DNA of 63,708 nt, counting the filler, from Lenisia limosa (taxonomy: Eukaryota > Protista > Breviatea): the NCBI GenBank assembly GCA_001655205.1. It is 17 parts of 17 records of this genome, joined end to end, with 100 filler letters (N's around TTAATTAATTAA, not from the genome) between each part and the next. Parts side by side here need not be neighbours in the genome. Positions count along the whole stretch, not along the records: positions 62,033 to 63,708 come from LPNZ01006572.1; 16 more parts are not named here. One strand, written 5' to 3'. This document shows, in pieces, positions 62,482 to 63,708 of this stretch. Made by a program: the position numbers and the translations under genes. Every line of letters begins with the position of its first letter. The stretch's first letter is position 1. The notes under the pieces were generated by a model. The model made no database searches. It saw nothing but the letters and a program-made list of their open reading frames with translations, and was not told the origin of the DNA.

Positions 62482-62775
62482 GTGGGTTGTATTATAGATT
62501 ACATTTTGATTATATATATAATCCAATATCTCTTNNNNNNNNNNCAAAAACTGTGACGGTTTTGAATATTTTATGTTTTGCAACCTCATTTTCAAAAAAC
62601 GTGTTCCAGCCTGTAAAAAATCACCTTTTGTCAAGAAATATTGTAAAATTCTAGTTTACTACTTGAAGAATTGAGTAAAACCATCGCCCGTTGGAGTCAA
62701 AAATGGTATATTAAAGACACAGTCACTTCTTTTTGGCCTTTTCTTCATCTTCGCTACCACATGCGAATTGGGACT

Positions 62776-63340
62776 TTACACTCCACCCTGATTTTGTTCT
62801 GCCTGCTTCCGATATATCTTTAACTCGCTTTTACTCGCAATAACCTGAAGATTACGTCATCTCTAGCCAGTTACCAGTTACCACAACCGACCTGTCTTGG
62901 ACGGATTACTGCCACTTGCTTACCACGGTCGAGCACAAGAATTGCACAAGTTTTAATACCAAGCTGGACCAACAGAGTAAATATTCTTAATTGAATCTTC
63001 AATCACTCCACAATGATTTTGGCAAGTGCCCTCGCCAAGAGTGGAAGTTTTTCCAACTTCCAGTTGATTTTGGTTCCTCATCAGGGAAACTGCTAATCTG
63101 GTTTCTCCATGGCTTTAGTGTCCCCGGAACTGAAAGATAGAGGTTTGATGCTTGCATTCAAGCTTTTCGTCGAATAGCGCTCTGAGGTATGTATAAGTGA
63201 CCTTGGGGTATTCTTCAATTGATGGGCGATTAATCATTCCTTTTTGATACTTTTCAATTTCTACTTACTTTAGTATGAAACATATGTAGCTGTCTCCAAT
63301 CTATGAGATAAGCGCGTTTTACATCAAACAAACCTGCACC
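62776..63340 (-). pseudogene. Diverged, disabled homologue of the 15769-17953 element protein, inside a DNAI2 intron
   Basis: IEKYQKGMINRPSIEEYPKVTYTYLRALFDE, EKLPLLARAL, VLDRGKQVAVIRPRQ/VIASKSELK...NQGGV* match the 14.8-17 kb protein. The intron (62845-62891) is at the same position. Confidence 0.8.
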
Positions 63341-63708
63341 AACTTAAAAAAAAGGGGTAAAAACTGGTCAGATCCCGGCTCGATCTTGCCTTCTCCTAAT
63401 ACGAAGCAGTGCATACACCCACTAGACTAACGCTCCCAAAGATTTGTTCGCAAAGAGGAAGTCCAAGTAAAAGGGACGCTACTTAAATAGGGAAAGTTCA
63501 GTTCAGTTCATTTAAAAAAACCCAATTTTTTTTAAAAAAAAACTATAGTGATATTTCCTTTTGGCTTTAATTTACTGTTTACTTGGAAGAAAATATCAAA
63601 ATCCTCGGGCAATAACCGAACCGAACCGAAACCGACATAGTTTTCTACCATAACCGACCGACGGATAACCGAAACCAAACCGAACCGAAATGAAGCACGA
63701 TTGTTCCC

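Noticed and set aside
1-63708. Stop-codon reassignment to explain the many in-frame stops
   Set aside because: Conserved host exons contain no in-frame stops and end in ordinary TAA. The stops are confined to decayed elements that also carry frameshifts.

Overview
This is eukaryotic, AT-rich, intron-rich draft genome sequence and is not one locus. Sixteen artificial 100-nt spacers (N44-TTAATTAATTAA-N44) join about 17 unrelated scaffolds, and there are many internal N gaps. Most entries in the ORF track are spurious because the real genes are split into short exons. By manual translation I recognise fragments of a myosin, a kinesin-8-like motor, a DUF985 cupin (essentially complete), a NEK6/7-like kinase (complete), an IPT/TIG protein, a long WD40 protein, EGF/laminin and GCC2_GCC3-type Cys-rich proteins, CNOT1, a Prp2/DHX16-like helicase, UGGT, an LDLa protein, a DUF11-like protein and the outer-arm dynein intermediate chain DNAI2. 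This set suggests a flagellated, myosin-bearing protist. Introns are full of hAT-type MITEs with 8-bp TSDs and other short repeats. The main leads are: (1) an intact NEK kinase with 21-26-nt micro-introns, four of which can only be removed using non-AG acceptors (three GT-TG, one GT-GG); (2) a dispersed repeat of about 130-150 bp that ends exactly at the 3' splice AG of introns in unrelated genes (introner-like acceptor cassette), alongside G-run donors and C-run acceptors; (3) TA-flanked TIR elements carrying a spliced protein I cannot assign, possibly nested in a 9.35-kb TIR-bounded unit that also holds the kinase; (4) repeated 'echo' duplications of splice junctions. All homology calls are from recalled motifs; no searches were run.
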